Part shown: piece after piece, positions 13,225 to 25,317 of the stretch
Layout: each line of letters opens with the position of its first letter
Position numbering within the stretch: position 1 is the stretch's first letter
Source of the DNA: Anthoceros angustus
Taxonomy: Eukaryota; Plantae; Anthocerotophyta
Direction: 5' to 3'
DNA: 64,000 nt
NCBI GenBank assembly: GCA_010909165.1
Contig: VJWM01000068.1
Span: forward strand, 1,054,001-1,118,000
Notes under the pieces: model-generated
Told to the model about the DNA's origin: nothing
What the model saw: the letters and a program-made list of their open reading frames with translations, nothing else
The model's database searches: none
Program-made: the position numbers and the translations under genes

Positions 13225-13705
13225 TTTGGTTGTTTTGGAACTCTTGCTACCACCTCTCGGTTGTTGAACTTCCTTTGAATAGTTTTCTTTGTTGCATGTT
13301 TTCAGGGGGTCTAGAGACGGAGAATTGGAATGTCGCCTGTACATTGCCGCCCAAAAAAGTCGGTGTTAAAGAAGAGGTCACAAGAAAACTTCCTCGGCCG
13401 CCATCCCCGTGCCCGTGCCACTCAAGCGCCCGAATGGCTGGGATGGTGGAAACCTCTGTGACGGGAAGGGAGCCAGCGGACCAAACCGCCGTGGTGCTAA
13501 TATACAGTGACTATCCTTACAAGACATATGGATCGAATGGGAATGTGAGTTTCTGGTCATGCCATCGCCACCACGGATGCAGCTTTCCCGAGATAAAGTA
13601 GCCCCTCTTATTCGGCACTTAGTAATTCCCTTGTTCATGAATCTCCAGAATCGAAAGCGGCCCGAGACTCGGTACTAATGATTTCAAACACCCAAGCCCC
13701 AAGAC
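13225..13705 (+). pseudogene. TFIIF-alpha fragment, fourth plus-strand copy
   Basis: Homologous to 7905-8420 and 10550-11065, with a different set of indels. Confidence 0.65.
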
Positions 13706-14221
13706 TCGGTGGGTGTACTCGGAGTCAAGGCACGCTTCTGAATCTGCGACTTCTTGCCGCTGGGCTTATCCAACCCTCACCTGCGTGCCATCGGTTGATC
13801 GGCTTGAGGCTGCTTCCGAATCTGGAAAGAAGCTTCCGCAAGCGATCAAATTCGGCTTCAAGGCATGCTTCTTGAATCAACGAAGCTTGATTCACCGCCT
13901 GCTGCGATCCGGGGGCCTGCCACTTTGGATTGAACGAATTAAACACCACTAGCGGGATAATTCGAGACTTCACATTTCATACCCACATATAACCACATTG
14001 CTGTCGGCCAGATTGCCGAACCCCTTGCGAGCATCCTCATGCTCCGCAGGGAGCATCAAATGGTACATCAATAAGATGATGACTAATCAAGCAATTATGA
14101 AGTCTACAAAATTCCACAACGTGGTGGTGCGGACCTTGGCAAGACTAATGCATCTCACGGTGGCAAATGATCAAAGCTACGATCAGGAGAGTCGAGGAGC
14201 CAACTCGAGGACTCGGGAGTT

Positions 14222-17200
14222 TGTTGAAGACCGGTGACCCGGCGAGCAGTTCACACCACTCATCGAGAGACACACCCAACCATCATCCCCGCTCAACGTG
14301 CACCTCCTCACCACCGCACCTACACATGCTCACAAGACTTAGCATACATGAGAACAATAGTAACGATGAGATGAAATCTGATCGATAACAGAATAAAACT
14401 CTTGTGCATTTTGTGCATTTCTTATGGTATCGAGCACGGGATCGGACATGCCACCGAAGGGTCACCTCATGGCTCGTGTGGGAGCCCGTCCGTGGGCAAG
14501 TCCGCCCATGAGGAACACCGATCTCCCTAACCACCTTATTCCCCTCACGGTGCTCTACGCTGCAAATGTAGACCCGTGAAGAGAATCGAACAAGTAGCCA
14601 CAAATCGAAGACAGAGCAAACCCCCTACCTTCGACAACCCGTGCTGAGGAAGCTCTACCAGATTGAAAATAAGGTCCATGTTGAGACCCGCCTGCTGCGC
14701 AACTTCCTTGGCATCATTTTGAGAGACGTGAAGGACCTCCTCCGCGTGTGAGGTCCCAATCCCCAATCCATCATCGCCAGTCGTGAGTAAACCCTAACCA
14801 TGTCCACTTCGAGGAGCCGCCGGAGGCGCTGGTGGTGGAGGCGCCTGTTGCAGTGCAAAGCACGCTGGTGGTGGCGCCGCCCATAAACCCTATCGCACAC
14901 TATGCTAACCTCCGCATAGAAATAAAGGAAAAGGATAGATTCACGGGTGTAGACTATACAATGGGCTACCGGATGCAAGGACATCTTGAAGACGCACCTA
15001 TGGACAATAGTCAATGGGTGGTGCCGCCCGCTCGCAAATGGAACCCCAAACTATGATCAGTGGATAAAATCCGACAGAAGAGCCCGCAATCTGCTAATTG
15101 CGGGCCTCGACAAAGACATGGTTCACCACACCTTCGGTGCCTCAACGGCACAAACCATCTGGGAACGCTTCAATCAAATGTTCGAAGCCACTGACGCCCA
15201 ACACTCCGCCACTGCCGTAAGGAACTTCCACAACCTTAAATATAAGGACGGGGAAAGTATTCAGGCACACCTTAGCACCTTCCGCACATTGAGAGCAAGA
15301 CTGGCCTCCTGCGGGACTACCCTAACAGAGGATCAGGCGGCCATAGCCCTCCGATGACCTCGTCAAGCCGGGCGACATTTGTGGCAACCCAGAACGGTCT
15401 CATGAAGCAGTCTGCACACGCGAAGAAGCTTAAGCTAGGAGAACTCATGACCCTCTCGGAGGTTATCGCTGCAATAATTGAGGAGGACTCGCTAGGGGTC
15501 CTCAAGAGTGTAGCCCCCGCAAGCTCTTCACCTCACGCTCTAACGAGATGCATACACTAAACAGAATTGGCAAAGCAGAAGGGAGGAAGGTTCTTCCCAA
15601 TCGCCCCGCCAACCCCGTCGTAAGGGGAACTGAATTGGTGAAGTCAGGGCACTATGAGCGAGAGTGCCGCAGCAAGCGTCTGAACCAATGAAACAAGGTT
15701 CCCCAAGTGCTCACCTTACACAGAGACCGCCAACAATTCTGATTACCACGCTGACCACCACCACCGAAGCCGCCTCCGGTACTTGACAACAGGCCACCAT
15801 GTCTCAAAGACTGTGATTGTTTTAGCACCTATCGAATCCTACATGGAGGAGGATCGACGGCGTGGTTGACAACAGTCTGTGGCAATTGGCGCCGCACGCT
15901 TTCTACAGGCGTAATCGAGGCACGATATCACTTTCAAATGTGCTCCATGTGCCAATGGTTAGCAAGAACCTGGTATCTGTGAGCACTCTAACGAATGACA
16001 AGCAGTACGAGATTCACTTCAAAGCTCAAAAATGCGAGATTTGTCCCTATGATAACCCCATTGATGTTACCTGCCACGGATCAAAGGAAGACAGGCTCTA
16101 TCTCTTGGAAGCCTCCTCTCTTCTAGGAACAGCTCATGATCACCTAGCTCGGACTTCGACAAAGGCAGAGATAACCAAGCTTTGGCACCTACGTCTAGGT
16201 CATCCCAGCTTGAGGCGCATGAAAGAAATGAAAGCTAGCCAGCTATATGCTGACCCCCTTCCGGAATTCAATGATTCTCTATTCTGTGAAGGCTGTCTGC
16301 TAGGAAAAAGTAAGGAAGTGCCATACCCACGTGCTTCCTCTCACCGTGCCACCGAGCTACATGAGCCGGTGCATATCGATCTTTGCAGACCCATGTCCAC
16401 ACACTCGTTTGGAGGAGCTTCTTACTTTATGCCTATCATTGACGACAAGTCTCGTATGATTCACACTTACTTCCTTCGGCTGAAGAGTGAAGCCTTTACC
16501 AAGTTCAAGGAGTTCCGCGCAATGGCTGAACTTCAGACCGGCTACAAGCTCAAGCATTTACGCTCGAATGGAGGAGGTGAATTCCTCTCTGGTGAGTTTA
16601 ACTCCTACCTTACAGAACGAGGCATCACTCGACAAGTCACCGTCCCCTATGCTCACACGCAAAACGGTGTGGCCGAGAACAGCAACTGAAGGCTCCAGGA
16701 GATGGCCAGGGCCATGCTCTCACATGCCACTCTGTCACGTGGTTACTGGGCTGAGGCTGTCTCTACCGCAACACACTTGCTAAACCGACTGCCTACCTCT
16801 GCTCTTCCGACACAGACCCCCTTTGAGGCTTGGACTGGACACAGGCCCTCTCTCTCCCATCTTCGGATTTTCGGGGCTGATGCTTATTCATGGATTCCCA
16901 AGGAGAAAACGCCATCAGCTCCACGATTCCAAGACTGGAAAATTTGACGCCGAGCACGTGTCGATATTCGCTTGATACATTGATGGCGTGAAAGGATACA
17001 AACTTGTCCACCCAACTTCACATCAAATCACCATTTCTCGGAGCGTCTATGTTCGCGAGCACCTTGATGCTCCAGGAAACAGCGGGAGCATTATTGGCTC
17101 CTATCCCGACCTCGACGACCCCGTTCGCAATGAGGAGGAGAATATGGTTGAGCTCTCTGAAATTGAGCTCTCTGCAATTGAGCCTCCGCCGGTGCACCAA

Positions 17201-20200
17201 GCTGCCCAGGTTCCCCATGCTGTGCAGCCACCAGTGCACCAACCTGCTGCTCAAATTGGTCCATTCCTCCTCCGGGTCGATTCGTGAGTCAAGCCCGATT
17301 TCCCAAGCCGCCGCACCCGAGTAATTAATCCTGCTCCCGCTAGAGTAAATCCACCAGCTGCCATACTTGAGAGGCGCCAATCCATAAGAGCTCGCCAAGT
17401 CTCACCTTATCTTGGCGACTACCATGTGCGGTCTGCCCACAACCTTCTCAAGCAGAGCATCCCATTGTCCTTGATATGGAGAATCCGCCTGCAGAAACAA
17501 GTACTGAGACCGGCACTACTCCGGCCACCCTCATGGCGAGGGCAATGCTTGCTGCAACTCATGTTCTGGAACCAGCAACTCTCGAAGAAGCACTTGCATC
17601 AACTGACAAGGAAGGTTGGATGAAGGCAGTCCAGCAAGAATATGACTCCCTGATTCAATTGAAGACCTGGGTGCTCACCCCACTCCCTCCCGGTCGCAAA
17701 GCAATTAAATGTAAGTGAACATTCAAACGTAAGTTGAAGTCCGACGGACTTCAACTATGGTCCGACGGAATCAAAGCAAGGCTTGTGGTCAAGGGCTGAC
17801 CAAAGGCCCGGCCTTGACTACGGAGATAACATCTACACCTGCAGATCGCTCAATCGATTAGGTTCCTCCTGGCTATCGCGGCTTAGTACGACCTTGATGT
17901 GCATCGACTTGACATTTCAACCTTCCTTTATGCCACACTAAAGGAGGAAATTTACATGGAGCAGCCACGGATGTATGTGGATTCAAGAGACCTACTTGGT
18001 CCAAGTCTCTCAAGGGCCTATCTGACCTTAAGCAATCACCAGCTGAATTTTATGCTACGATTGATGGCCACCTCATTCAATTTGGCTTTGTCAAGACCTT
18101 AGCAGATCAGAACCTATACTTGCTGCGAAGGGGAGACAAATTCCTGGCGCTAGCCCTATATGTTGATGACTGCATCATGTTTACCAATGATCCACGAAAG
18201 CTACTTGTAGACGTAAAGGAGATGCTTGCTGCCAAGTTTAAAATGAGAGATCTTGGACCCCTGGAATTCTGCCTTGGTGTGCAGATTCGACGGGATAGAG
18301 AAGCCGGCACGTTGACTCTCCTTCAGTCCAAGTACGTTCTCGAAATTCTGGACAAGTTCAAGCTATCATATGCTCGTCCTGCTCCGACTCCGCTTCCAAC
18401 TGGAGTGAAGCTCAGAGCTGACGAGTGCCCCACTACCGAAGTCGAAAAAGAGGACATGGTCAAGGTGCCATACTTGAGTGCCGTTGGTAGCCTCATTTAC
18501 CTCCATGGTTGGACACGTTACGACATCTCCTATGCCGCTTCCACTGTTGCACAATTTATGTCTAACCCTGGCAGGGCACACTGGATGTGCGTAAAGAGGA
18601 TCTACCGGTACCTGAAGGGCACCACTCACTCTGGAATCGTTTACAAGAGATCCACCGATGGCAAGTTCAACTTTGAGGGTCGGATGCGACCGGCATCACC
18701 CACGATGCCCGACAAAGTGTTGTGACCTATGTTTTACTCCTGGCTTACGTAATCCAGGCATCACTGACAAGTCACCGCCCCTATGCTCACACGCAAAACG
18801 GTGGCGAGACAAGAATCAAGGCTCCAGGAGATGGCCAGGCCATGCTCTCACATGCCACTCCACGTGGTTACGGGCCGAGGTTGTCTCTACCGCAACACTT
18901 GCTAAACCGACCGCCTCCCTCTTCCGGCACACTTTGAGGCTTGGACGACAGTGCCCTCTCTCCCATCTTCGGATTTTTGGGGCTGATGCTTATTCATGGA
19001 TTCCCAAGGAGAAACGCCATCAGCTCCACGATTCCAAGACTGGAAAATTTGACGCCCGAGCACAGAAGCTGATATTCGTCAGATACATTGATGGCGTGAA
19101 AGGATACAAACTTGTCCACCCAACTTCACATCAAATCACCATTTCTCGGAGCGTCTATGTTCGCGAGCACCTTGATGCTCCAGGAAACAGCGGGAGCATT
19201 ATTGGCTCCTATCCCGACCTCGACGACCCGCAAATGAGGAGGAGAATATGGTTGAGCTCAATTGAGCTCTCGAATTGAGCCTCGCCTGCAAGCCGGGTTC
19301 CCCATCGGCATGCACCAGCACCAACTGCTGCTCAAATTGGTCCATTCCTCCTCCCCGCCGATTGTGTCAAGCCCGATTTCCCAAGCCTGCACCGGAGTAA
19401 TTAATCCCCGCTAGAGTAAATCCACCAGTGCCATACTTGAGAGGCGCCAATCCATAAGAGCTCGCCAGTCTCACCTTATCTTGGCGACTACCATGTGCCC
19501 TATCTGCTCCAAAGAACCTTCTCCGCCAGACACGGCTCCCATTGTCCTTGATATGGAGAATCCGCAGAACAATCTGAGACCGCACTACTCCGCCACCCTC
19601 ATGGCGAGGCAATGCCCGCAACTCATGTTCGAACCAAAGAACTCCTCAAGAAGCACTTGCATCAACTGACAAGGAAGGTTGGATGAAGGCAGTCCAGCAA
19701 GAATATGACTCCCTGATTCAATTGAAGACCTGGGTGCTCACCCCACTCCCTCCCGGTCGCAAAGCAATTAAATGTAAGTGAACATTCAAACGTAAGTTGA
19801 AGTCCGACGGACTTCAACTATGGTCCGACGGAATCAAAGCAAGGCTTGTGGTCAAGGGCTACAGCCAAAGGCCTGGCCTTGACTACGGAGATAACATCTA
19901 CACCCCTGTGGTGACTGCTCAATCAGTTAGGTTCCTCCTGGCTATCGCGGCTGAGTACGACCTTGATGTGCATCAGCTTGACATTTCAACAGCCTTCCTT
20001 TATGCCACACTAAAGGAGGAAATTTACATGGAGCAGCCACAGATGTATGTGGATTCCAAGAGACCTACTTGGGTCTGCAAGCTGCTCAAGGGCCTATACG
20101 GCCTTAAGCAATCACCAGCTGAATTTTATGCGCTGATTGATGGCCACCTCATTCAATTTGGCTTTGTCAAGACCTTAGCAGATCAGAACCTATACTTGCT

Positions 20201-21317
20201 GCGAAGGGGAGACAAATTCCTGGCGCTAGCCCTATATGTTGATGACTGCATCATGTTTACCAATGATCCACGAAAGCTACTTGTAGACGTAAAGGAGATG
20301 CTTGCCAAGTTTAAAATGAGAGATCTTGGACCAGAATTACGCCTTGTGTGGATTCGATTTGACAGAGCCGCACGTTGACTCTCACCCAAGCACGTTCTCG
20401 AAATTCGGACAAGTTCAAGCTATCATATGCTGCCCCGCCCGACTCCGCCCAGAGTGAAGCTCGAGCCGAGAGTGCCCCACAATCAAGTCGAAAAGAGGAC
20501 ATGGTCAAGGTGCCATACTTGAGTGCCGTTGGTAGCCTCATTTACCTCCATGGTTGGACACGTTCGACATCTCCTATGCCGCTTCTTTGGTACAATTTAT
20601 GTCTAACACAGCGTGGCACTGCGGATGTGCGTAAAGAGGATCTACCGGTACCTGAAGGGCACCACTCACTCTGGAATCGTTTACAAGAGATCCACCGATG
20701 GCAAGTTCAACTTTGAGGGCTGGGCAGATGCGGACTGGGCATCCGACCCTGATGCCCGACAAAGTGTTGCAGCCTATGTTTTTACTCTCGGTGGCTCAGC
20801 AGTCTCATGGTCAAGCAAGAAGCTTGCTACATCTCATTGTCTAGTGCAGAGAGTGGGTATGGAGCATTGTCAAAGGCAGGAAGAGAGGTCATTCATTGTA
20901 GATAGATCCTTAAGGATCTCGGCTATGATCAGTCCGACCCTACCATCCTACACTGTGATAACACAGCTGCGATATCTTTGACGGTGGATTCCATGCTAGA
21001 ACCAAGCATATAGAAGTAGCCTATCACTTCATCAGGCAGTTGGTAGCCAAGAGCATTGTAAAAGTGGTCTATGTCCCCACAGAGTCCAACCTCGCAGACA
21101 TGCTCACAAAGTCACTACCTAGGATCCGTCATGAATCACTTACAACATCCCTAGGACTGGTGGACACTGCAAGGAAGGAACATTCGTGAGATGAGATGGT
21201 TTGAACTGAGCGGGAGTGTTGAAGACCCAGCTGACCAGCTTGAACAGTTCACACCACTCATCGAACAGACACACCCGACCATCATCCCTGCTCAACCGTC
21301 GCACCTCCTCACTCACC
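14222..21317 (+). mobile_element. Ty1/copia LTR retrotransposon, disrupted: 5' LTR 14222-14424, PBS ~14425, gag-PR-INT-RT-RNaseH, PPT ~21207-21216, truncated 3' LTR 21217-21317
   Basis: gag (14986-15357), zinc-knuckle remnant GHYEREC (~15650), LWHLRLGHP and HIDLC integrase, RT KARLVVKGYSQ and LYVDD, RNaseH WADADWA and TKHIEVAYHFIRQ. Integrase precedes RT, as in copia. Many frameshifts. Confidence 0.93.
16600..20790 (+). repeat. ~2.1 kb internal tandem duplication of the copia INT-end/RT region (~16600-18750 and ~18750-20790)
   Basis: GGCATCACT(C)GACAAGTCACC at ~16621 and ~18757; identical RT blocks at ~17620-18700 and ~19665-20720. Confidence 0.85.
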
Positions 21318-21417
21318 ATAATCTTGCCAAAGTTCCGAAACCTGCCTCTAAAGATGCTGTTGAACTTGTTTGGTTAAGTCTTCGACAAACATGCCCAAAC
21401 TGAGATTGTTCCCCACT

Positions 21418-21467
21418 TAGGATGTTGTAAATGGTAGGATGTTGTAAATGGTAGGATGTTGTAAATG
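21418..21467. repeat. 17-bp unit x3 (TAGGATGTTGTAAATGG)
   Basis: Directly visible. Confidence 0.9.
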
Positions 21468-21612
21468 TTTGCTCACGTAAATGTCATTGGAGTACAGCCA
21501 CAAAAATTTGCTCAACAGATAAATATGGAGTGTATTCACAAACGGCCAATCCAGCAAGTACATGGACCGTGCTAAATGTGCACGAAGTTGATGCTTTTTA
21601 GCCAAATGGAAA

Positions 21613-24057
21613 ATAAATTGCAAATAAACATGCTCTACAATTTTTTGTTTTTTTATGATAACCATCCTTAAATTAAAGCACACAAATAAACAGCGCAAAA
21701 GAAAGCACAAGTAGAATCCTAGTTATATATAGTAACTAAGTCAGTCTTTTCAAAGAGCCCGCTCTGCTGGTAATTAATAATTTCCTAGGATCGAGTTAAA
21801 AAATTAAAATCATAACAAAAAATAAAATCCTTGAAGAGTTCTCCGGTTGATCATTATCAGTCAGTGCACATTTGGTCTTGCAATTGCACGTCTTATCAAT
21901 TTGCTGGTCACTCTTTTATGTTATTACGGGCACTGAACAGAGAGACTTTATGGAGAAAGAAAAGAGATGAAAAAAAACACCATATGCACCAAAAAAACAA
22001 AGGGTCAACCCAACAAAGGGCACAGGGCAAGAGGAACTAACTCCCGTGAATCGCTTTTCTCAAAACTACCTTATCGCCCTAACAATCTCGTGATAGGGAA
22101 TAAAAGGCCTACCTACCACCGCCGTTGCGGGCACCCTCTTTTCTATTGGTGACTCCTCGGACAGAATGGTTGGTTTCTCACTTATGACCCTTTGCAGAAC
22201 AAGAAACCTGTTCACATCGGTCACAACTCCACCCTTATGGGTATTGCTAAAGGCATAATATAAATCCAGATACAGGGAGTTCCTGCCTATGTAAAAAGAT
22301 GTCCTACATAGGAAAGGGAGGTGGACATAGGACCTGTCTGTGCTCCTCTATTCTTTCCAAGTCTACTCTTTCTAGTCTCCTCCTCGTCTTCATCCTCCTC
22401 CCTCTGCCTGACCCGCCAGTGTCGTCATCGTCTTCCCTTCCTCCTGGACGTACCCCTGCAGATCCTCAATGCTCTCCACGTCATTTAATGCTGCAGCACC
22501 TGCACTGGAAGCCTTCGGTAGCCAGGGCTGATTGCCATCTGGTGTTTTCCGTGGGTGATGAGCACCTCCAGCTTCTTCAAGTGTAAGCTGTTGTGATGAG
22601 CACCTTCTGGAAGTTACTTGACAACATGGCCCACAGCATACTTATCGAAAACAAAGGGTCAACCCAACAAAGGGCACAGGGCAAGAGAGTGGTCTCAAGC
22701 AGCTGGCCTGGAGTTCTTTGGGATTACCTCAATATGTCTTCCCTCGTTGCACAAACACGTAGTACGTAGCCTGGTCTCCTCCTCGTCTTCATCCTCCTCC
22801 AGCCGGCCCTGGAAGGACTACTGACCAACGTTATCCGCCAGCATAAATTGCAAATAAACATGCTCTACAATTTTTTGTTTTTTTATGATAACCATCCTTA
22901 AATTAAAGCACACAAATAAACAGCGCATAAGAAAGCACAAGTAGAATCCTAGTTATATATAGTAACTAAGTCAGTCTTTTCAAAGAGCCCGCTCTGCTGG
23001 TAATTAATAATTTCCTAGGATCGAGTTAAAAAATTAAAATCATAACAAAAAATAAAATCCTTGAAGAGTTCTCCGGTTGATCATTATCAGTCAGTGCACA
23101 TTTGGTCTTGCAATTGCACGTCTTATCAATTGCTGGTCACTCTTTTATGTTATTACGGGCACTGAACAGAGACTTTATGGAGAAAGAAAAGAGATGAAAA
23201 AACACCATATGCACCAAAAAAACAAAGGGTCAACCCAACAAAGGGCACAGGGCAAGAGGAACTAACTCCCGTGAATCGCTTTTCTCAAAACTACCTTATC
23301 GCCCTAACAATCTCGTGATAGGGAATAAAAGGCCTACCTACCACCGCCGTTGCGGGCACCCTCTTTTCTATTGGTGACTCCTCGGACAGAATGGTTGGTT
23401 TCTCACTTATGACCCTTTGCAGAACAAGAAACCTGTTCACATCGGTCACAACTCCACCCTTATGGGTATTGCTAAAGGCATAATATAAATCCAGATACAG
23501 GGAGTTCCTGCCTATGTAAAAAGATGTCCTACATAGGAAAGGGAGGTGGACATAGGACCTGTCTGTGCTCCTCTATTCTTTCCAAGTCTACTCTTTCTAG
23601 TCTCCTCCTCGTCTTCATCCTCCTCCCTCTGCCTGACCCGCCAGTGTCGTCATCGTCTTCCCCTTCCTCCTGGACGTACCCCCTGCAGATCCTCCAATGC
23701 TCTCCACGTCATTTAATGCTGCAGCACCTGCACTGGAAGCCTTCGGTAGCCAGGGCTGATTGCCATCTGGTGTTTTCCGTGGGTGATGAGCACCTCCAGC
23801 TTCTTCAAGTGTAAGCTGTTGTGATGAGCACCTTCTGGAAGTTACTTGACAACATGGCCCACAGCATACTTATCGAAAACAAAGTCACGCAGAAAGGGCA
23901 GGGCAAGAGAGTGGTCTCAAGCAGCTGGCCTGGAGTTCTTTGGGATTACCTCAATATGTCTTCCCTCGTTGCACAAACACGTAGTACGTAGCCTGGTCTC
24001 CTCCTCCAGCCGGCCCTGGAAGGACTACTGACCAACGTTATCCGCCAGCATAAATTG
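21613..24057. repeat. ~1.2 kb tandem duplication (21613-22842, 22843-24057)
   Basis: Units begin with ATAAATTGC at 21613, 22843 and 24050; contents are nearly identical. Confidence 0.9.
22345..22842 (-). pseudogene. TFIIF-alpha pseudogene fragment (exons 3-4)
   Basis: Homologous to ~33740-34280 (FQKV.HH...LTLEEA, QGGLEEE...YVLRV), with indels. Confidence 0.8.
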
Positions 24058-24170
24058 CTTCCCTTTGAACATCTCCTGCACCCACAGATGCAACCAATAA
24101 GGTCTGCCTGTACGTAAACCAACTCACAGCCAAGCTCTCCCCCATAACTGCTTACACTCACTCAGCAAAT
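23570..24170 (-). pseudogene. TFIIF-alpha pseudogene fragment (intron 2 to exon 4)
   Basis: Homologous to ~33740-34390, including the intron 2 end CTCCTGCACCCACAGATGCA. Confidence 0.8.
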
Positions 24171-24419
24171 TCAACACCGGCAAGGCCCATCAGATAAACT
24201 GTGCTTTGGTGTATATTCACTCTGCCCAGTGTATATTCACTCTGCCCAATACTATTGCCTGTCAACAAGCCTATCATGGGGCAGAAGGAATATACACCAT
24301 CAAGGCTTAGCGCCTTCCCATTTGTAGCCAGTGCTGGTAGTGAGGGACCATTCCAGAAGGAGGTTGGAACTCCCGGCTGCTATCAGGCGAAGCTCCTTTC
24401 AGGGGTTGCTCAGAAGGAC

Positions 24420-24862
24420 ATCCCGGTCAGCAGACCTTAGGCTTTCCTCCTTTCAAGGCAGACGAAACTGTGCTGCAGCTTTATGACAAATGTCTTCAAA
24501 GCTGTGAATGCAGACAGCAGTGGACAGGTAAACAATCAGAGTTTCAGGTTCTGGTGAAAATAATTTTGGAGCATTTCGCGGAGCAGATTGAAGTTAACCC
24601 AGTTGCAGCAGATACGGAGACTGCGTATCAGCAGGAGTCATCTCGCTGTGGCATGGAAACATGAGATGCTTCTTTATTTCCAGGTCCAGACAGCTCTCGA
24701 TGGGCAGATTCCTTTTTGCAGGATTTGTAAACATACACACCAAGAAAGTATTCGCTGACTCGGTCGCGAGCTGTTTGCTAGATGCAGCGGAATATCGTGC
24801 CCCATAAGAGGGCAGGTGCAAATGCTTGAAGTGCGGGCGGTTACCCGGGAGTTGATTTTCTT
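24420..24862 (+). pseudogene. 3' fragment of an EF-hand protein gene plus 3' flank, paralogous to window positions 1-240
   Basis: Frameshifted LGFPPFKADETVLQLYD / NVFKAVNADSSGQVN / SEFQVLVKIILEHFAEQIEVNPV resembles the C-terminus of plant multi-EF-hand proteins as I recall them. Confidence 0.55.
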
Positions 24863-25317
24863 CACTTACTGCCAACCAGACTGACAGGCGAATCATGAAT
24901 GGAATTATATGGATTTGCGGAACACTCAATATCGCGTACACAAATATGCCATCCAGCCTGCTTCCCGTCTGTAGACCTTGTGCGGAGGGGAACAGTGATG
25001 GCACACAGACGTTTGTTTGCGCAATGTGCATCCCCTCATGTTGCGTTTTTTAGCATTATCTCGTAAGTTGCTGTTGTACTGGTTCTGCCATAGATCATTG
25101 TTGGCTACAACCTGCCTGAACCACTTGTGATCCTGCAAAAGAACTATCGTAGAAGCTGTGAGTGATTCTTCTCTGGTATAGACTACAGGCATGCATAAGT
25201 AAGTCTCCACGCAGTTCCTACGGTGTCCAAAGTTGTATTACATTCAGAAATGTACAAGACGGATTAAAAGAACAGAGAGAGATTCAGCCACTACGGAGGA
25301 TGGTGGTACAAGAACTA

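Noticed and set aside
21417-21710. 97-aa minus-strand ORF after the truncated 3' LTR as a possible MULE fragment
   Set aside because: Only a weak LDW resemblance; AT-rich and ends in a minisatellite.
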